Assembly (NCBI GenBank): GCA_963755905.1
Contig: CAVWLM010000002.1
Span: 672,944-736,943, forward strand
Origin: an uncultured delta proteobacterium
GTDB lineage: Bacteria; Desulfobacterota; Binatia; Binatales; Binataceae
Reading direction: 5' to 3'
DNA: 64,000 nucleotides
Shown: piece by piece, positions 46,863 through 56,819 of the stretch
How the letters are laid out: each line of letters begins with the position of its first letter
Numbering within the stretch: the first letter of the stretch is position 1
Translations under genes and position numbers: made by a program
Notes under the pieces: generated by a model
The model's input: only the letters and a program-made list of their open reading frames with translations
What the model was told of the DNA's origin: nothing
Databases searched by the model: none

Positions 46863-48086
46863 TCAAATGATGCCATCGGCGCGCAGGGCGGCGATTTTCT
46901 CCGCGTCGTAACCGGCGACCTCGCGCAGGACCCGTTCGGTGTGCTCGCCGAGCGCGGGCGCGCGGGTGTTGGGTGCCCCGGTTCCCTCAGCACTCTCGCC
47001 GCCAGACTTGGCCGCAGTCTTGAGCGGCGAGCCCGGGACGATAAGTCCGTCGAAGGTGGGATGGTCGGCATGCAGGATCATTTGGCGCTCTTGCAGATGG
47101 GGATTGCGCGAGACCTCGGCGACGGTGGCGATCGGGGCGCATGGCACTCCCGCCTCACCCAGCAGTTTGAGCCAGTGATCGCGCGGTTGGGAGCCGAAGT
47201 GGCCGCTAAGTATTGGCTCCAGTTCGGCGTGGTTCGCTGTACGGTCGGTATTGAGTGTAAAGCGAGGATCGCCCTTCAATTCCGGCATTCCAATCGCGTC
47301 GCAGAAGCGCACCCATAGCGATTCATTGCCCGCGCCCGCGACAAAATATCCGTCGGCCGCGCGGAACTGCTGGAAGGGTGTGATTGACGGATGCCGCGAG
47401 CCGAGCGGCCCGGGCACTTTTCCGGTCGCCGAATAGCGGGCGAGGGCGTCCTCGAGCAGCGCGACCTGGCAATCGAGCATCGCGATGTCCAGGTGACGTC
47501 CCACGCCGGTGCGCTCGCGCAATCGGAGCGCCGACAGGATCGCAATCACGCCGTAAAGACCCGCGGTCAGGTCGCCGATCGACACGCCGCATCGCGTCGG
47601 ATCTCCGTTCGCTGGGCCGGTGATGCTCATCGTACCGCCGAGCGCCTGTGCCACGATGTCGTAGGCGGGGGCGGAGGCCATCGGGCCGCTCTGCCCGAAA
47701 CCCGAAATCGAGCACAGGATGATGCGGGGATTGGTAGCGGCGAGTTGCGCGTAGCCCAGTCCGAAACGGTCCATCGTGCCCGGCGCGAAATTCTCCAGCA
47801 CCACGTCGCAGTGCCGCACGAGGTCAAGCGCCACCGTCACGCCCACGGATTTGCGCAGATCGACCGTGGCGCTTAGCTTGCCGCGATTGACGCTGTAGTA
47901 GTAGCCGGAGTCGTTGGAGTTGGGGATGCGAGGGGCGTAACCGCGCGAGTCGTCCCCGCGCCCGGGCAGCTCTATCTTGACGACCTCGGCTCCGAGGTCG
48001 GCTAGATTCATCGCGCAAAACGGTCCCGCCAGCACGCGGCTCAGATCGAGCACGCGAATGCCCGCGAGCGGTTTCTCATCGATCAT
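46863..48086 (-). CDS. CoA-transferase family III (CaiB/BaiF)
   Basis: IRVLDLSRVLAGPFCAMNLADLGAEVVKIE, GD..R.GYA. Confidence 0.9.
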   Translation of the reverse strand: MIDEKPLAGIRVLDLSRVLAGPFCAMNLADLGAEVVKIELPGRGDDSRGYAPRIPNSNDSGYYYSVNRGKLSATVDLRKSVGVTVALDLVRHCDVVLENFAPGTMDRFGLGYAQLAATNPRIILCSISGFGQSGPMASAPAYDIVAQALGGTMSITGPANGDPTRCGVSIGDLTAGLYGVIAILSALRLRERTGVGRHLDIAMLDCQVALLEDALARYSATGKVPGPLGSRHPSITPFQQFRAADGYFVAGAGNESLWVRFCDAIGMPELKGDPRFTLNTDRTANHAELEPILSGHFGSQPRDHWLKLLGEAGVPCAPIATVAEVSRNPHLQERQMILHADHPTFDGLIVPGSPLKTAAKSGGESAEGTGAPNTRAPALGEHTERVLREVAGYDAEKIAALRADGII

Positions 48087-48110
48087 CGAATACTTCCTCG
48101 AATACTTCCT

Positions 48111-49289
48111 CTATCGCCGCCGCGAGTGCGCCTGTTGCTGCTGCTGCGCGCGCATCGCCTCGGCCGGCGTCATGATGAGCCGAGGCTCTTCACGCTCGCG
48201 TTCCTGCTCTTCGGCGAACACCGCGCCGAGTTGTGCGCGAATCAGCGCCTGGAAGAATGGGATCCGGCTCGCGTCGGCGCCGTCGCGCAGCCGCGCGGCG
48301 GCGGCCGCGGCCCATCCGGCGGGTTCGCGCCGGCCGCTTCGCGCCATGTAATACGCCATATCCTCGAGCCGCCGGCGCACCGCGCCCGCGCGCTCGCCGC
48401 CGAGGAGGTCGCCGACGGCGCGGTCGACGACGATATTGATGCGTCCTTCCTGCTGGACGCGGTTAAGCACCAGGACGCTCTCCTGGATCGACTTAATCTC
48501 GTCCGCGTAGGTTTTGATCGCGGTGGGCGAGAATTTCCACGCGGCGATCTCGGGCTCCTTGAGCAGATCCACGCCTGGCTCGCGATCCAACGCGGAAGCC
48601 ATCTCGGCATAAATCGGATGAACAATTTCCACGGGAGGCGGCGAGCCGAGGATTTCCGTTCGCAGGGTCAGGAAATTCCCGACGTGGGCGCGCTTTTCGG
48701 CTGGCGTGCGGCGAAACGCCTCGCACAAAACGTAGTCCGCCAGATGCGCGTCGCCGTCGACCATCGCGAGGCCCGCGCGCCGCTCGATCTGGGCGCGTTC
48801 CGTGCGCAGTTCGCGGCGCGAAAGCTCGGTCAACGCGACGTCGATCAGTCCGTCGCTATCCGAGAGCAGGCCCCACAGCCGCGCGATCCCGCCGCCCCGG
48901 CGCTGCTTCAGGAGCCAGACGATGCGCGCGCCGTCGGCGTCGATGGGCGAGAAGAGCGCGCTGAGCCCGGGGGCAGCCGGCGGCGAAGCGGCCGGTTGCG
49001 CCGGGGTCGTGCCGGCGGGCGGTGCGATTCCGCGCTGGCGCAAACGATATAGCGCGCGGCGCACCTCGCGGCGCAACGCGCCGCTCGCCTCCGCTTCCAT
49101 TGCGGACAGCATTGCCGCCGCCTCCGCCGTCGCGATCGCGCCGAGCGCGCGCGCTATTGCCTCGGCGCTGACGCCAGGCGCGGCGCGCAGTTCGCCCAGG
49201 CGCGCGAGCGCCTCGGCGGGCGGCGCGGCCGGGTCGAAGCCGGCCGCGCGCAGGGCCGCGTCTTCCTTTTCGATGTCGGTGTGAGTCAT
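48111..49289 (-). CDS. Hypothetical Ala/Arg-rich protein
   Basis: ORF-track only. No family recognised. Confidence 0.4.
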   Translation of the reverse strand: MTHTDIEKEDAALRAAGFDPAAPPAEALARLGELRAAPGVSAEAIARALGAIATAEAAAMLSAMEAEASGALRREVRRALYRLRQRGIAPPAGTTPAQPAASPPAAPGLSALFSPIDADGARIVWLLKQRRGGGIARLWGLLSDSDGLIDVALTELSRRELRTERAQIERRAGLAMVDGDAHLADYVLCEAFRRTPAEKRAHVGNFLTLRTEILGSPPPVEIVHPIYAEMASALDREPGVDLLKEPEIAAWKFSPTAIKTYADEIKSIQESVLVLNRVQQEGRINIVVDRAVGDLLGGERAGAVRRRLEDMAYYMARSGRREPAGWAAAAAARLRDGADASRIPFFQALIRAQLGAVFAEEQEREREEPRLIMTPAEAMRAQQQQQAHSRRR

Positions 49290-49442
49290 CGTGAGTGAGT
49301 CGTTATGGGCGAGTCGTCGCCGATGAAACGTCGCGGATTAGTCGCCATGGCGATCACAGAATATGCGGATTCGCCGCGGCGGTGCGAACGCATGCGGCGC
49401 CTTTGCGCGACGTCAAGGTGACTGCGGACGCGGCGCCCGTCT

Positions 49443-49634
49443 CTAACCCACCAGTCCGATGTGGTTCAGGAGTTCACTAAACCATCGCGGAGGGGGCTTC
49501 TGCGCGCGAGCCTCGCTGTAGTCTTCGTCGCAGAGATGCACCTCTATTTCCTTCTCACTTGCGGGAACCGTTATAGTGCGGAGCTTTCCCGGTTGATCGC
49601 ATTCGGGCCGCTCGCAAGGGGTGACTTCGGCCAT
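49443..49634 (-). CDS. Small Cys-containing hypothetical protein
   Basis: RBS GGAGAA then ATG. CERPECD...HLCDEDY. Confidence 0.3.
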   Translation of the reverse strand: MAEVTPCERPECDQPGKLRTITVPASEKEIEVHLCDEDYSEARAQKPPPRWFSELLNHIGLVG

Positions 49635-49755
49635 CGCGGTTTCTCCTGATCAGGACATCGTTGGGCGTGCCTGATATTGTTGCACGGCCGTGACTCTTTC
49701 AAGCACGCCCGTTCGGCCGGGGGCGAGCGGGAAGGGCGGGAGAGCGAAGACCAAC

Positions 49756-50280
49756 ATGCGCAACCTGGAGGCCAAATTTCCCCTCGGCGACCTCGACGCG
49801 GCGCGCACGGTGGCGCTGGCGCTCGGCTACACGGCGGTGGCGAGCTTCATCCAGCGCGACACGTTCTTTGTCGTGGCGCACGGCAAACTCAAGTTGCGCG
49901 AGCAGCCGCCAGGGGCTTGGCTGATTCACTATGCGCGCGAGCGGGAGAGCGGGCTGATGCTCAGCCGGTATGAGATCGCAACGGTGGCCGATGTCACGCG
50001 CACGCGCGAGATGCTCGTGGGCGCTCTTGGCGTGCTGGCCGAAGTGCGCAAGCATCGCACGCTGCTTACCCGGCGCAACGTCCGCTTCCATCTGGACCGG
50101 GTCGAGACGCTGGGCGGGTTCGGCGAGATCGAAGCGGTATTGGGCGAGGGCGACGAAGACTCGACGGGTGATGATTCCGGTTCCGCGCGCGCCGCGGTCG
50201 ACGAACTGCTTTCGGCACTCGGCGTAGGCGCGCGAGAGTTGGTCGACGTGTCGTATTTCGAGTTGATGACGCGCCATTGA
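49756..50280 (+). CDS. CYTH-domain protein (class IV adenylate cyclase / triphosphatase-like)
   Basis: MRNLEAKFPLGD... E.K-type N-terminus. Length ~175 aa. Confidence 0.6.
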   Translation: MRNLEAKFPLGDLDAARTVALALGYTAVASFIQRDTFFVVAHGKLKLREQPPGAWLIHYARERESGLMLSRYEIATVADVTRTREMLVGALGVLAEVRKHRTLLTRRNVRFHLDRVETLGGFGEIEAVLGEGDEDSTGDDSGSARAAVDELLSALGVGARELVDVSYFELMTRH

Positions 50281-50319
50281 ACCGTGCGCGTCCGGTTTTT
50301 TCGCGACATGCCGACTCGT

Positions 50320-50922
50320 CTAAGCGGAGGTGGAACCGTTCATCCGGTCCAGCAGTTCCTCGGTGAAGCGCAGCGTGAGTCCCCAGATGACCTGGTCGTT
50401 GTAGAAGATCGCCGGATGCTCGGTCACCGTTCCGCTGTCACGGCGGAAGCGATAGGTGCCGCGATAGCTCGAATCTTCAAGCGCGCTCATCGGGACGAAG
50501 AAGATCGCGGCGACCTCCTTTGGATCCGCACGCAGGCCGTGGGCGGCCGGTATTACGCCGACGAACGGCGTCACATGGATCTCGCTGCTGCGCGCAACGG
50601 TTCCTTCGAAGCAGCCCAAAAGGTCCACGCTTTCGGGCTCGATCCCGACCTCTTCGCGCGCCTCGCGGAGCGCCGTGTGGAGCAGGGTTTCGTCGGTCGG
50701 GTCGACGCGGCCGCCCGGAAACGCGACCTGGCCGCGATGGCTGTCGACGTGGTCGGAGCGCCGGATATAGACCAGGTGGAGGTCGTCGTCGAGTTCGAAA
50801 ATGGGCATCAGCACCGCCGCGCCGCGTCCCGCGCCGATACGATGGCGCGCGAGCTGATCAACGGGTTCAAGGCTCTGGCGCAGGCGAGCGACGCGCTGAT
50901 TGATTCGTTCCGATATGCTCAT
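50320..50922 (-). CDS. Nudix hydrolase, CoA pyrophosphatase (NudL-like)
   Basis: HRGQVAFPGGRVDP... with Nudix box ALREAREEVGI. Start at Met 50922 (MSISERINQ). Confidence 0.8.
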   Translation of the reverse strand: MSISERINQRVARLRQSLEPVDQLARHRIGAGRGAAVLMPIFELDDDLHLVYIRRSDHVDSHRGQVAFPGGRVDPTDETLLHTALREAREEVGIEPESVDLLGCFEGTVARSSEIHVTPFVGVIPAAHGLRADPKEVAAIFFVPMSALEDSSYRGTYRFRRDSGTVTEHPAIFYNDQVIWGLTLRFTEELLDRMNGSTSA

Positions 50923-50994
50923 GTATCTGTGCTGACTCCCGCGGACAGGGTGACCCCTGCGCGGAATAGGCCCGTGCGGGTGTAAGCGGTCACG

Positions 50995-52158
50995 ATGCGT
51001 TACCTGGTAGGAAGATACCACGAAATTGCTCTCAAGGGGCGCAACAAATGGCGCTTCGTCGATCAATTGAAGAGCAATCTGCGCGATGTCTTCGCCGACT
51101 TCAAGCTCGGGCCGATGCGCGGCGAGGGGCCTCGGCTTATCGTCGAGCTGCCCGACGAGATTGACGAGGAGGTCGCAGCAGAGCGCGCCGCGTTGCTCTT
51201 TGGGCTGCAAAATTTCTCCCTTAGCCGTCCGGTCGCACGCGATATAGAGGAGATCAAACGCGAGGCTGTCGCGATCGCGCGCCGGCATCGAAATGCGGAC
51301 AGCTTTCGCGTGCGCGCGACGCGATCCGACAAGCGGTTTGCGTTGAATTCAATGGAAATCGATCAGGCGGTCGGCGCCGCGGTCAAGGATGAAATCGGAC
51401 TTAAAGTAGACCTTGAGAATCCCGCGCTGGTCATTACAGTCGAGATTCTCCCCGACGGCGCCTATATCGCGGCCGGCAAACTGCCGGGTGCGGGGGGCTT
51501 GCCGGTAGGCATCACAGGCCATGGGATGGCGCTGCTTTCCGGGGGAATCGATTCGCCGGTCGCCGCGCATCGCATGATGCGGCGCGGGCTGAGGCTCGAC
51601 TTCGTCCACTTCCACAGCCATCCGCTGGTCTCGACGGCCAGCCGCGAGAAGGCGGCCGAGCTCGCTGAGCATCTTACCCGTTATCAGGCGCGGTCGACGC
51701 TGATGCTGGTGGCCTTCGCCGACATCCAGCGCGAGATCGTCGCGCGTGGGCCGCGCCCGCTGCGCGTGATTCTCTACCGCCGCTTCATGGTGCGGATCGC
51801 TGCCGCGCTGGCCCGGCGCGCGGGCGCGCGCGCGCTGGTGACCGGCGAGAGTCTCGGCCAGGTGGCGTCGCAAACGCTGGAGAACATGACGGTCATCGAG
51901 GAAGCCGCGGCACTCCCGATGCTGCGTCCGCTGGTCGGGATGGACAAGAACGAGATCGTCGACCAGGCGCGCCAGCTCGGGACCTTCGAGACCTCAATTC
52001 AGCCGGACCAGGACTGCTGCTCGCTCTTTGTGCCGCCGCATCCCGAGACTCACGCCAACCTTGACGAAGTGCGCGCCGCCGAAGGCGTGCTCGAAGTCGA
52101 GACGATGGTGGCGGAAGCCGTGCGCAAGGTGGAAATCGTGCGTATGAAGTTTCCATAG
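50995..52158 (+). CDS. thiI: tRNA 4-thiouridine synthase / sulfurtransferase ThiI
   Basis: THUMP-like N-terminus. PP-loop LLSGGIDSPVAAHRMMRRG. Confidence 0.9.
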   Translation: MRYLVGRYHEIALKGRNKWRFVDQLKSNLRDVFADFKLGPMRGEGPRLIVELPDEIDEEVAAERAALLFGLQNFSLSRPVARDIEEIKREAVAIARRHRNADSFRVRATRSDKRFALNSMEIDQAVGAAVKDEIGLKVDLENPALVITVEILPDGAYIAAGKLPGAGGLPVGITGHGMALLSGGIDSPVAAHRMMRRGLRLDFVHFHSHPLVSTASREKAAELAEHLTRYQARSTLMLVAFADIQREIVARGPRPLRVILYRRFMVRIAAALARRAGARALVTGESLGQVASQTLENMTVIEEAAALPMLRPLVGMDKNEIVDQARQLGTFETSIQPDQDCCSLFVPPHPETHANLDEVRAAEGVLEVETMVAEAVRKVEIVRMKFP

Positions 52159-52178
52159 CGCCACGATGCGCTTCGGCG

Positions 52179-53480
52179 TTACTTAAACAACTGGAGCCAG
52201 GCGATGTCCATGGCGAGGGTGACGATCGTAACCGGCAGGCCGACTTTCAGATAGTCGACGAAGCGGATCTGAATCCCTTCGCGGCGCGCCTGCTCGACCA
52301 CGATCAGGTTGGCGATCGATCCGAGCAGGGTCAGGTTGCCGGCGAAGGTGCTGGCACTGGCGAGCACCAACCCGGTGCTCATCCCTTGCCTTATCTGCGG
52401 ATAGATCGGCTTGAACAGCAGCACCGCGGGAACGTTGCTGACCAGGTTGGAGAGGACCGCGCTGCCCACGGAAAGCACCGCCACGTTCTTCAGCCTCTCG
52501 GGTCCCACGGCGCGCACCAGGTCCTCCAGGAGATGAGTGGTCTCGGCGCCTCTGACCACGATGAACAGGCCGGCAAACATCACCAGCAGCGTCCAATCGA
52601 TCTGCTCGTAGACTTCGTGTGGCTGGGTATGCCGCGTGAATAGCAATATCGCGCCGCCGCCCAGCGCCACCAGGTGAGTCGGATAGCCCATCGCGAACAG
52701 CACGAGCACCACGCCAGCGACGATGGATGATTTGACGAGATGATAGCGGCGTTCCGGCGGGGGCGCCGGCATGTGCAGGTCGTCGCGCAGCCGGAGGCGG
52801 CTCAGGCGCCGGTGATACAGTGCTGCGATAACGGCGTAGTCGACCAGCAGGCCGGCCAACGCGACCGGCGCCAGGCGAATCGCGAACGCCGAGTAACCGA
52901 TACCAGCGAAGCCGGCGACGATCATGTTTTGCGGATTGCCGGTGATGGTCGCGACACTGCCGATGTTACTGCCGGTGGCGAGCGCCAACAGCAGCGGCGC
53001 TGCGTCTATTTCAAGGATATGGGCGACTTCAATCAGGGGGCCCGCCAGCGACAGGCATACTACGTCGTTGATAAAAAAGGCGGCCAGCACGCCCGAGGCG
53101 AGCACCGTCATCGCGAGCAGCCCATAGCCCACGTGCGCGCGCTCCAGGAGCCATCGCGCGACCAGCGCGAAGGCACCGGAGATCCGCAGGTTGGCCACGA
53201 TGATCATCATTCCGAGCAACAGCAGCAGCGTATGGAAGTCGATCGCGGCGAGCGCGTCGGGCTCGCTGAGCGACCCCGTCGCCACCATCAATAGCGCGCC
53301 CGCCAGTGCCGCACCGGTGCGATCGAGCTTGAGTCCGGGAAAGTTGCCGACCGCGAGGACGAAGTAAGTGAAGGCGAAGATCGCGAGCGGCACCGCGAAG
53401 CGTAGTTCCATCGCTGGCATCATCGGGTGACCATAGCCGCCCGTCAAGCCGATTCCTCGCCGGGTAAGGTTGGCGTTCAC
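52179..53480 (-). CDS. ArsB/NhaD-superfamily anion permease
   Basis: ~12 TM. Internally duplicated topology typical of the ArsB/CitMHS fold. Specific substrate not inferable. Confidence 0.65.
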   Translation of the reverse strand: MNANLTRRGIGLTGGYGHPMMPAMELRFAVPLAIFAFTYFVLAVGNFPGLKLDRTGAALAGALLMVATGSLSEPDALAAIDFHTLLLLLGMMIIVANLRISGAFALVARWLLERAHVGYGLLAMTVLASGVLAAFFINDVVCLSLAGPLIEVAHILEIDAAPLLLALATGSNIGSVATITGNPQNMIVAGFAGIGYSAFAIRLAPVALAGLLVDYAVIAALYHRRLSRLRLRDDLHMPAPPPERRYHLVKSSIVAGVVLVLFAMGYPTHLVALGGGAILLFTRHTQPHEVYEQIDWTLLVMFAGLFIVVRGAETTHLLEDLVRAVGPERLKNVAVLSVGSAVLSNLVSNVPAVLLFKPIYPQIRQGMSTGLVLASASTFAGNLTLLGSIANLIVVEQARREGIQIRFVDYLKVGLPVTIVTLAMDIAWLQLFK

Positions 53481-53584
53481 ACGGGAACGCGCGGGGCGCT
53501 ATAGTGTTTGCGGCCAGTTCCGGCCAGCGCGCCGGCGCGGTGTTCGAGATCATCGTGGCGCGCGGACGCCGTCCCGGAGGCGAC

Positions 53585-54625
53585 ATGAACTTTCGCGAAT
53601 TGAACAACGCCAAGTGCAAGACCTATCTGCTCGCCTCCGAAGGCATGGAGCGCGCGGTGATAATCGACCCGGTCAAGGATCGGGTCGAGCGCTATCTCGC
53701 CGTGCTGGCGTACCATCGCCTCAAGCTCGATCTGATCGTCGATACCCATACGCATGCCGACCATCGGAGCGGCGCGCACGAACTCTCGGTCCTCACCGAT
53801 GCGCCGGTGGCGATGCATCGGCGGGCCCCGGCCCCGCATGTCGCGATGCATCTCGAGGACGGTCAGCGCCTGATCGTTGGCGATTTCGAGCTCAAGGTGT
53901 TGCATACGCCCGGTCATACTCCCGACTCGATAAGCTTGTACGCCGAGGACCGCGTCTTAACCGGCGATTGCCTGTTGATTCAGGGCACCGGACGGGCCGA
54001 CTTTGCCGGTGGCGACGCAGGGGAACAGTACGATTCAGTCACCCAGAAGCTCTTCACTCTGCCCGACTCGACGCTGGTCTACCCGGCGCACGACTACCGC
54101 GGCCATTTAAATTCCACGATCGGCGAAGAGAAGAGTTCCAATCCGCGACTCGCCGGACGCTCGCGCGAGGCTTACATCGGCTTGATGAACAATCTCGGAC
54201 TGCCGCTGCCCGAGGGGATCCAGGAGGCGCTGCAGCCTAACCAATCCGAGATCGAAGCCACGTCGATCCGTTTTCCGACGCTCGCCCAGCTCAATTCGGT
54301 GAGTCAGCTTTTGCCGACGGAAATTGCCGCGCGGCTCGGCACCGCCGCCGCGCCGCTGCTGATCGACGTGCGCGAGCCTGACGAATTCAGCGGCGAACTC
54401 GGCCATGTCGCGGGTGCGCGTCTGATCCCGTTGCGCGAGTTGCCCGATCGCGCCGACAAGGAACTCGCATCCTTTAAGGACAAGGATATCGTGGTGATCT
54501 GCCGCGCGGGCGTGCGCAGCGTAACCGCGGCGGCGATCCTTACCGGACTCGGCTTCAACCAAGTCTGCAGCATGAAGGGCGGGATGCTCGATTGGGACAG
54601 CGCGCGACTGCCGGTCGAGCGCTAA
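53585..54625 (+). CDS. Persulfide dioxygenase (MBL fold, ETHE1-like) fused to C-terminal rhodanese domain
   Basis: HTHADH metallo-beta-lactamase motif, further His/Asp ligands. C-terminal rhodanese with active-site CRAGVRS. Confidence 0.85.
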   Translation: MNFRELNNAKCKTYLLASEGMERAVIIDPVKDRVERYLAVLAYHRLKLDLIVDTHTHADHRSGAHELSVLTDAPVAMHRRAPAPHVAMHLEDGQRLIVGDFELKVLHTPGHTPDSISLYAEDRVLTGDCLLIQGTGRADFAGGDAGEQYDSVTQKLFTLPDSTLVYPAHDYRGHLNSTIGEEKSSNPRLAGRSREAYIGLMNNLGLPLPEGIQEALQPNQSEIEATSIRFPTLAQLNSVSQLLPTEIAARLGTAAAPLLIDVREPDEFSGELGHVAGARLIPLRELPDRADKELASFKDKDIVVICRAGVRSVTAAAILTGLGFNQVCSMKGGMLDWDSARLPVER

Positions 54626-54649
54626 GGGCTTCGCGCGCGCGGGTCGGGG

Positions 54650-55855
54650 ATGCGGATGGATGTGAGGAGAGTTAGCGGAAAAGTTCGACGCTCCAGGCCG
54701 CTCGCGCTCGTGCTGATCAGCGCGGCCTTGCTGCTGGCGGGATGCGGGCAATCGCCGCAGAGCTTGGCCACCCGCTATCTCGCCGACCTTCAGCAGTTCA
54801 ACTATCCCGCCTGCTACGCGACGCTCACCGACGAGGAGCGTGCCTCGCGCTCGCTCCAGCAGTTCCTGACCGATATTCCGCTCGCGCCCGACGTCGATCC
54901 AATCTGGTTCCGTGCGATTCTGTTCAGCACGCGTTACGAAGTCGGCGAGCCGCAGATCGCCGGCGAGCGCGCGGTGGTGCCGGTCAAGGTCACGATGCCC
55001 GATCTCACGCTCTGGGAGCGGACGATAGACGCCAAGGCGGGGCCGCAGGATTCGCTCAACGCGGCTGCCGACAAATCGCTCCAGGCGGGAGTCTATCCGA
55101 AGCTGAGGTTCGAAGACGCATTGGTGATGGTCAAGCAGCAGCATCAATGGCGCGTGGTCGCGGACTTCGCGCGCCGCGACCTGATCCGCGACGGAAATCG
55201 CGAGGCCGTCGACATCTATCACAACGAAGACTATTCGAAAGCCGCGGCGGCCTACCAGGCGCTGCTCACGCAACTTGGCAAGCACGAATTCAGCGGCAGC
55301 CGCGGCCTGGAGTGCTTCTTCAAGCGCAGACTCAAGGCGATCGAAGAAATCCAGGCCGAGATCCCGGCGGCGCGAGCCTACATTCCCAAGCTCGTGCTGA
55401 GCGACGTGGCGGTGAAAATGTCCGAGGACCGCCTGCCGGCGATCTTCGGCCGTATCACCAACGCCGGCGATCGCGGCGTCGATGAAGTGCGCCTGACAGT
55501 GACGTACTACGCGGGGCGTGGCGCCCAACGCAAGCTCATCTACCAGGAGAGCCATAGCGTTGTCGAAACGCCGATCGAATTCACTGGATTCGTCCGGCCG
55601 GTTTTACCGTTCGTGCCCGGCGAGACCAGGGACTTCGGCTTCGAGCTGATCGCGCCGACGCAGACCCAGCAGCAATCCGAGCCGAGCCTGATGGTGGGAT
55701 CGATGGTTTTCACGCGGTCCAAGGCGCCGCTGCCGACCCTCGCGATCGAAAACCTCGCACCGGCGCCGCAGCCCTCGGGATCGTCCACACCCGGACAGCC
55801 CGGGCCGACGCCGACGCCGTCGGCCGGGCCGCGTGCGAAGCCGCGTCCGCACTAA
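54650..55855 (+). CDS. Lipoprotein (hypothetical), Pro/Thr-rich C-terminus
   Basis: Lipobox LLLAGCG. The large antisense ORF 54107-55555 is rejected. Confidence 0.55.
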   Translation: MRMDVRRVSGKVRRSRPLALVLISAALLLAGCGQSPQSLATRYLADLQQFNYPACYATLTDEERASRSLQQFLTDIPLAPDVDPIWFRAILFSTRYEVGEPQIAGERAVVPVKVTMPDLTLWERTIDAKAGPQDSLNAAADKSLQAGVYPKLRFEDALVMVKQQHQWRVVADFARRDLIRDGNREAVDIYHNEDYSKAAAAYQALLTQLGKHEFSGSRGLECFFKRRLKAIEEIQAEIPAARAYIPKLVLSDVAVKMSEDRLPAIFGRITNAGDRGVDEVRLTVTYYAGRGAQRKLIYQESHSVVETPIEFTGFVRPVLPFVPGETRDFGFELIAPTQTQQQSEPSLMVGSMVFTRSKAPLPTLAIENLAPAPQPSGSSTPGQPGPTPTPSAGPRAKPRPH

Positions 55856-56783
55856 GCAATTGGCGATTCGACTCACGCTCGCGGTTCCCACCTACAATCG
55901 CGCGGCCATTCTCGGGGAGACCCTGGCGAGCCTCGCGGCGCAGAACCTGCCCGCGGGCGTCGAGACGGAATGCCTGGTGATCGACAACAATTCGAGCGAC
56001 CGCACGCCCGCCGTGGTCGAAGAGGCGGCGGCGGACGCCCCGTTTCCGATACGGCGCGTGTTCGAGCGTCGCCCGGGATCGAGTTTCGCGCGCAACCGTG
56101 CGGTCGACGAAGCGGCCGGCGACTTCATCCTGTTTATCGACGACGACGCGGTGGCCGATTCCAACTGGGCGGCGCTGATGCTGGCCGCGATCGAACGGCG
56201 CGGACTCGACGCGGCGTGCGGGATGGTGCTGCCGCGATGGGAGGTCGCGCCGCCGCGCTGGCTGGGGACCTCGTTGTACGTGCGTTTCGCGGTGCACGAC
56301 CAGGATGCGATCGCGGCGGCGGCGCTGAAGGATGCGGAAGTCCTGCGCAATTACTTCAGCGCCAACGTTGGCTTTCGCCGCGAGTGCTTCACGCGCTTCG
56401 GCCGCTTCCGCGAGGACCTGGGCGTGGTCGGCGGCAATCCGATTTCAGGCGAGGACACGGAGTTGTTCGCACGGATAATACAGAGTGGCGGCGCGATGGG
56501 TTTCGTCACCGAGGCGCGGGTTTTTCACCTGGTGCCCGCCGCGCGCATGAACCGCCGGTACCTGCGGCGCAAGGCCTTCGCTTTCGGCGTGGGGACGGCG
56601 CAGGCGGGTGGGCGGAGCCACAATCACTTCGACAAGCTGGTTCGTAACGCGATGCGGATGGCGATAGCGGCGGCGCGCGGCGATCGCGAGCGGGCGCTCT
56701 GCCACGAGTTGGAATGCGCGAACTTCCTGGGCTACTGGTGGGGCCGCCTGCCCCGGCGCGGCGAGCCGCCGACGAGCCGCTGA
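55833..56783 (+). CDS. Family-2 glycosyltransferase
   Basis: LTLAVPTYNRA, IDNNSSDRT, DDD..., ED motif. Confidence 0.8.
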   Translation: MRSRVRTKQLAIRLTLAVPTYNRAAILGETLASLAAQNLPAGVETECLVIDNNSSDRTPAVVEEAAADAPFPIRRVFERRPGSSFARNRAVDEAAGDFILFIDDDAVADSNWAALMLAAIERRGLDAACGMVLPRWEVAPPRWLGTSLYVRFAVHDQDAIAAAALKDAEVLRNYFSANVGFRRECFTRFGRFREDLGVVGGNPISGEDTELFARIIQSGGAMGFVTEARVFHLVPAARMNRRYLRRKAFAFGVGTAQAGGRSHNHFDKLVRNAMRMAIAAARGDRERALCHELECANFLGYWWGRLPRRGEPPTSR

Positions 56784-56819
56784 GCCTCTGGCGGGATTCG
56801 TCTTTCAGTCTCGGGCGGC

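Noticed and set aside
54107-55555. 482-aa minus-strand ORF
   Set aside because: It is antisense to the rhodanese-domain end of the PDO fusion and to the lipoprotein gene. It has an Arg/Ala/Gly-rich, low-complexity composition typical of GC-frame artefacts, and no recognisable domain.
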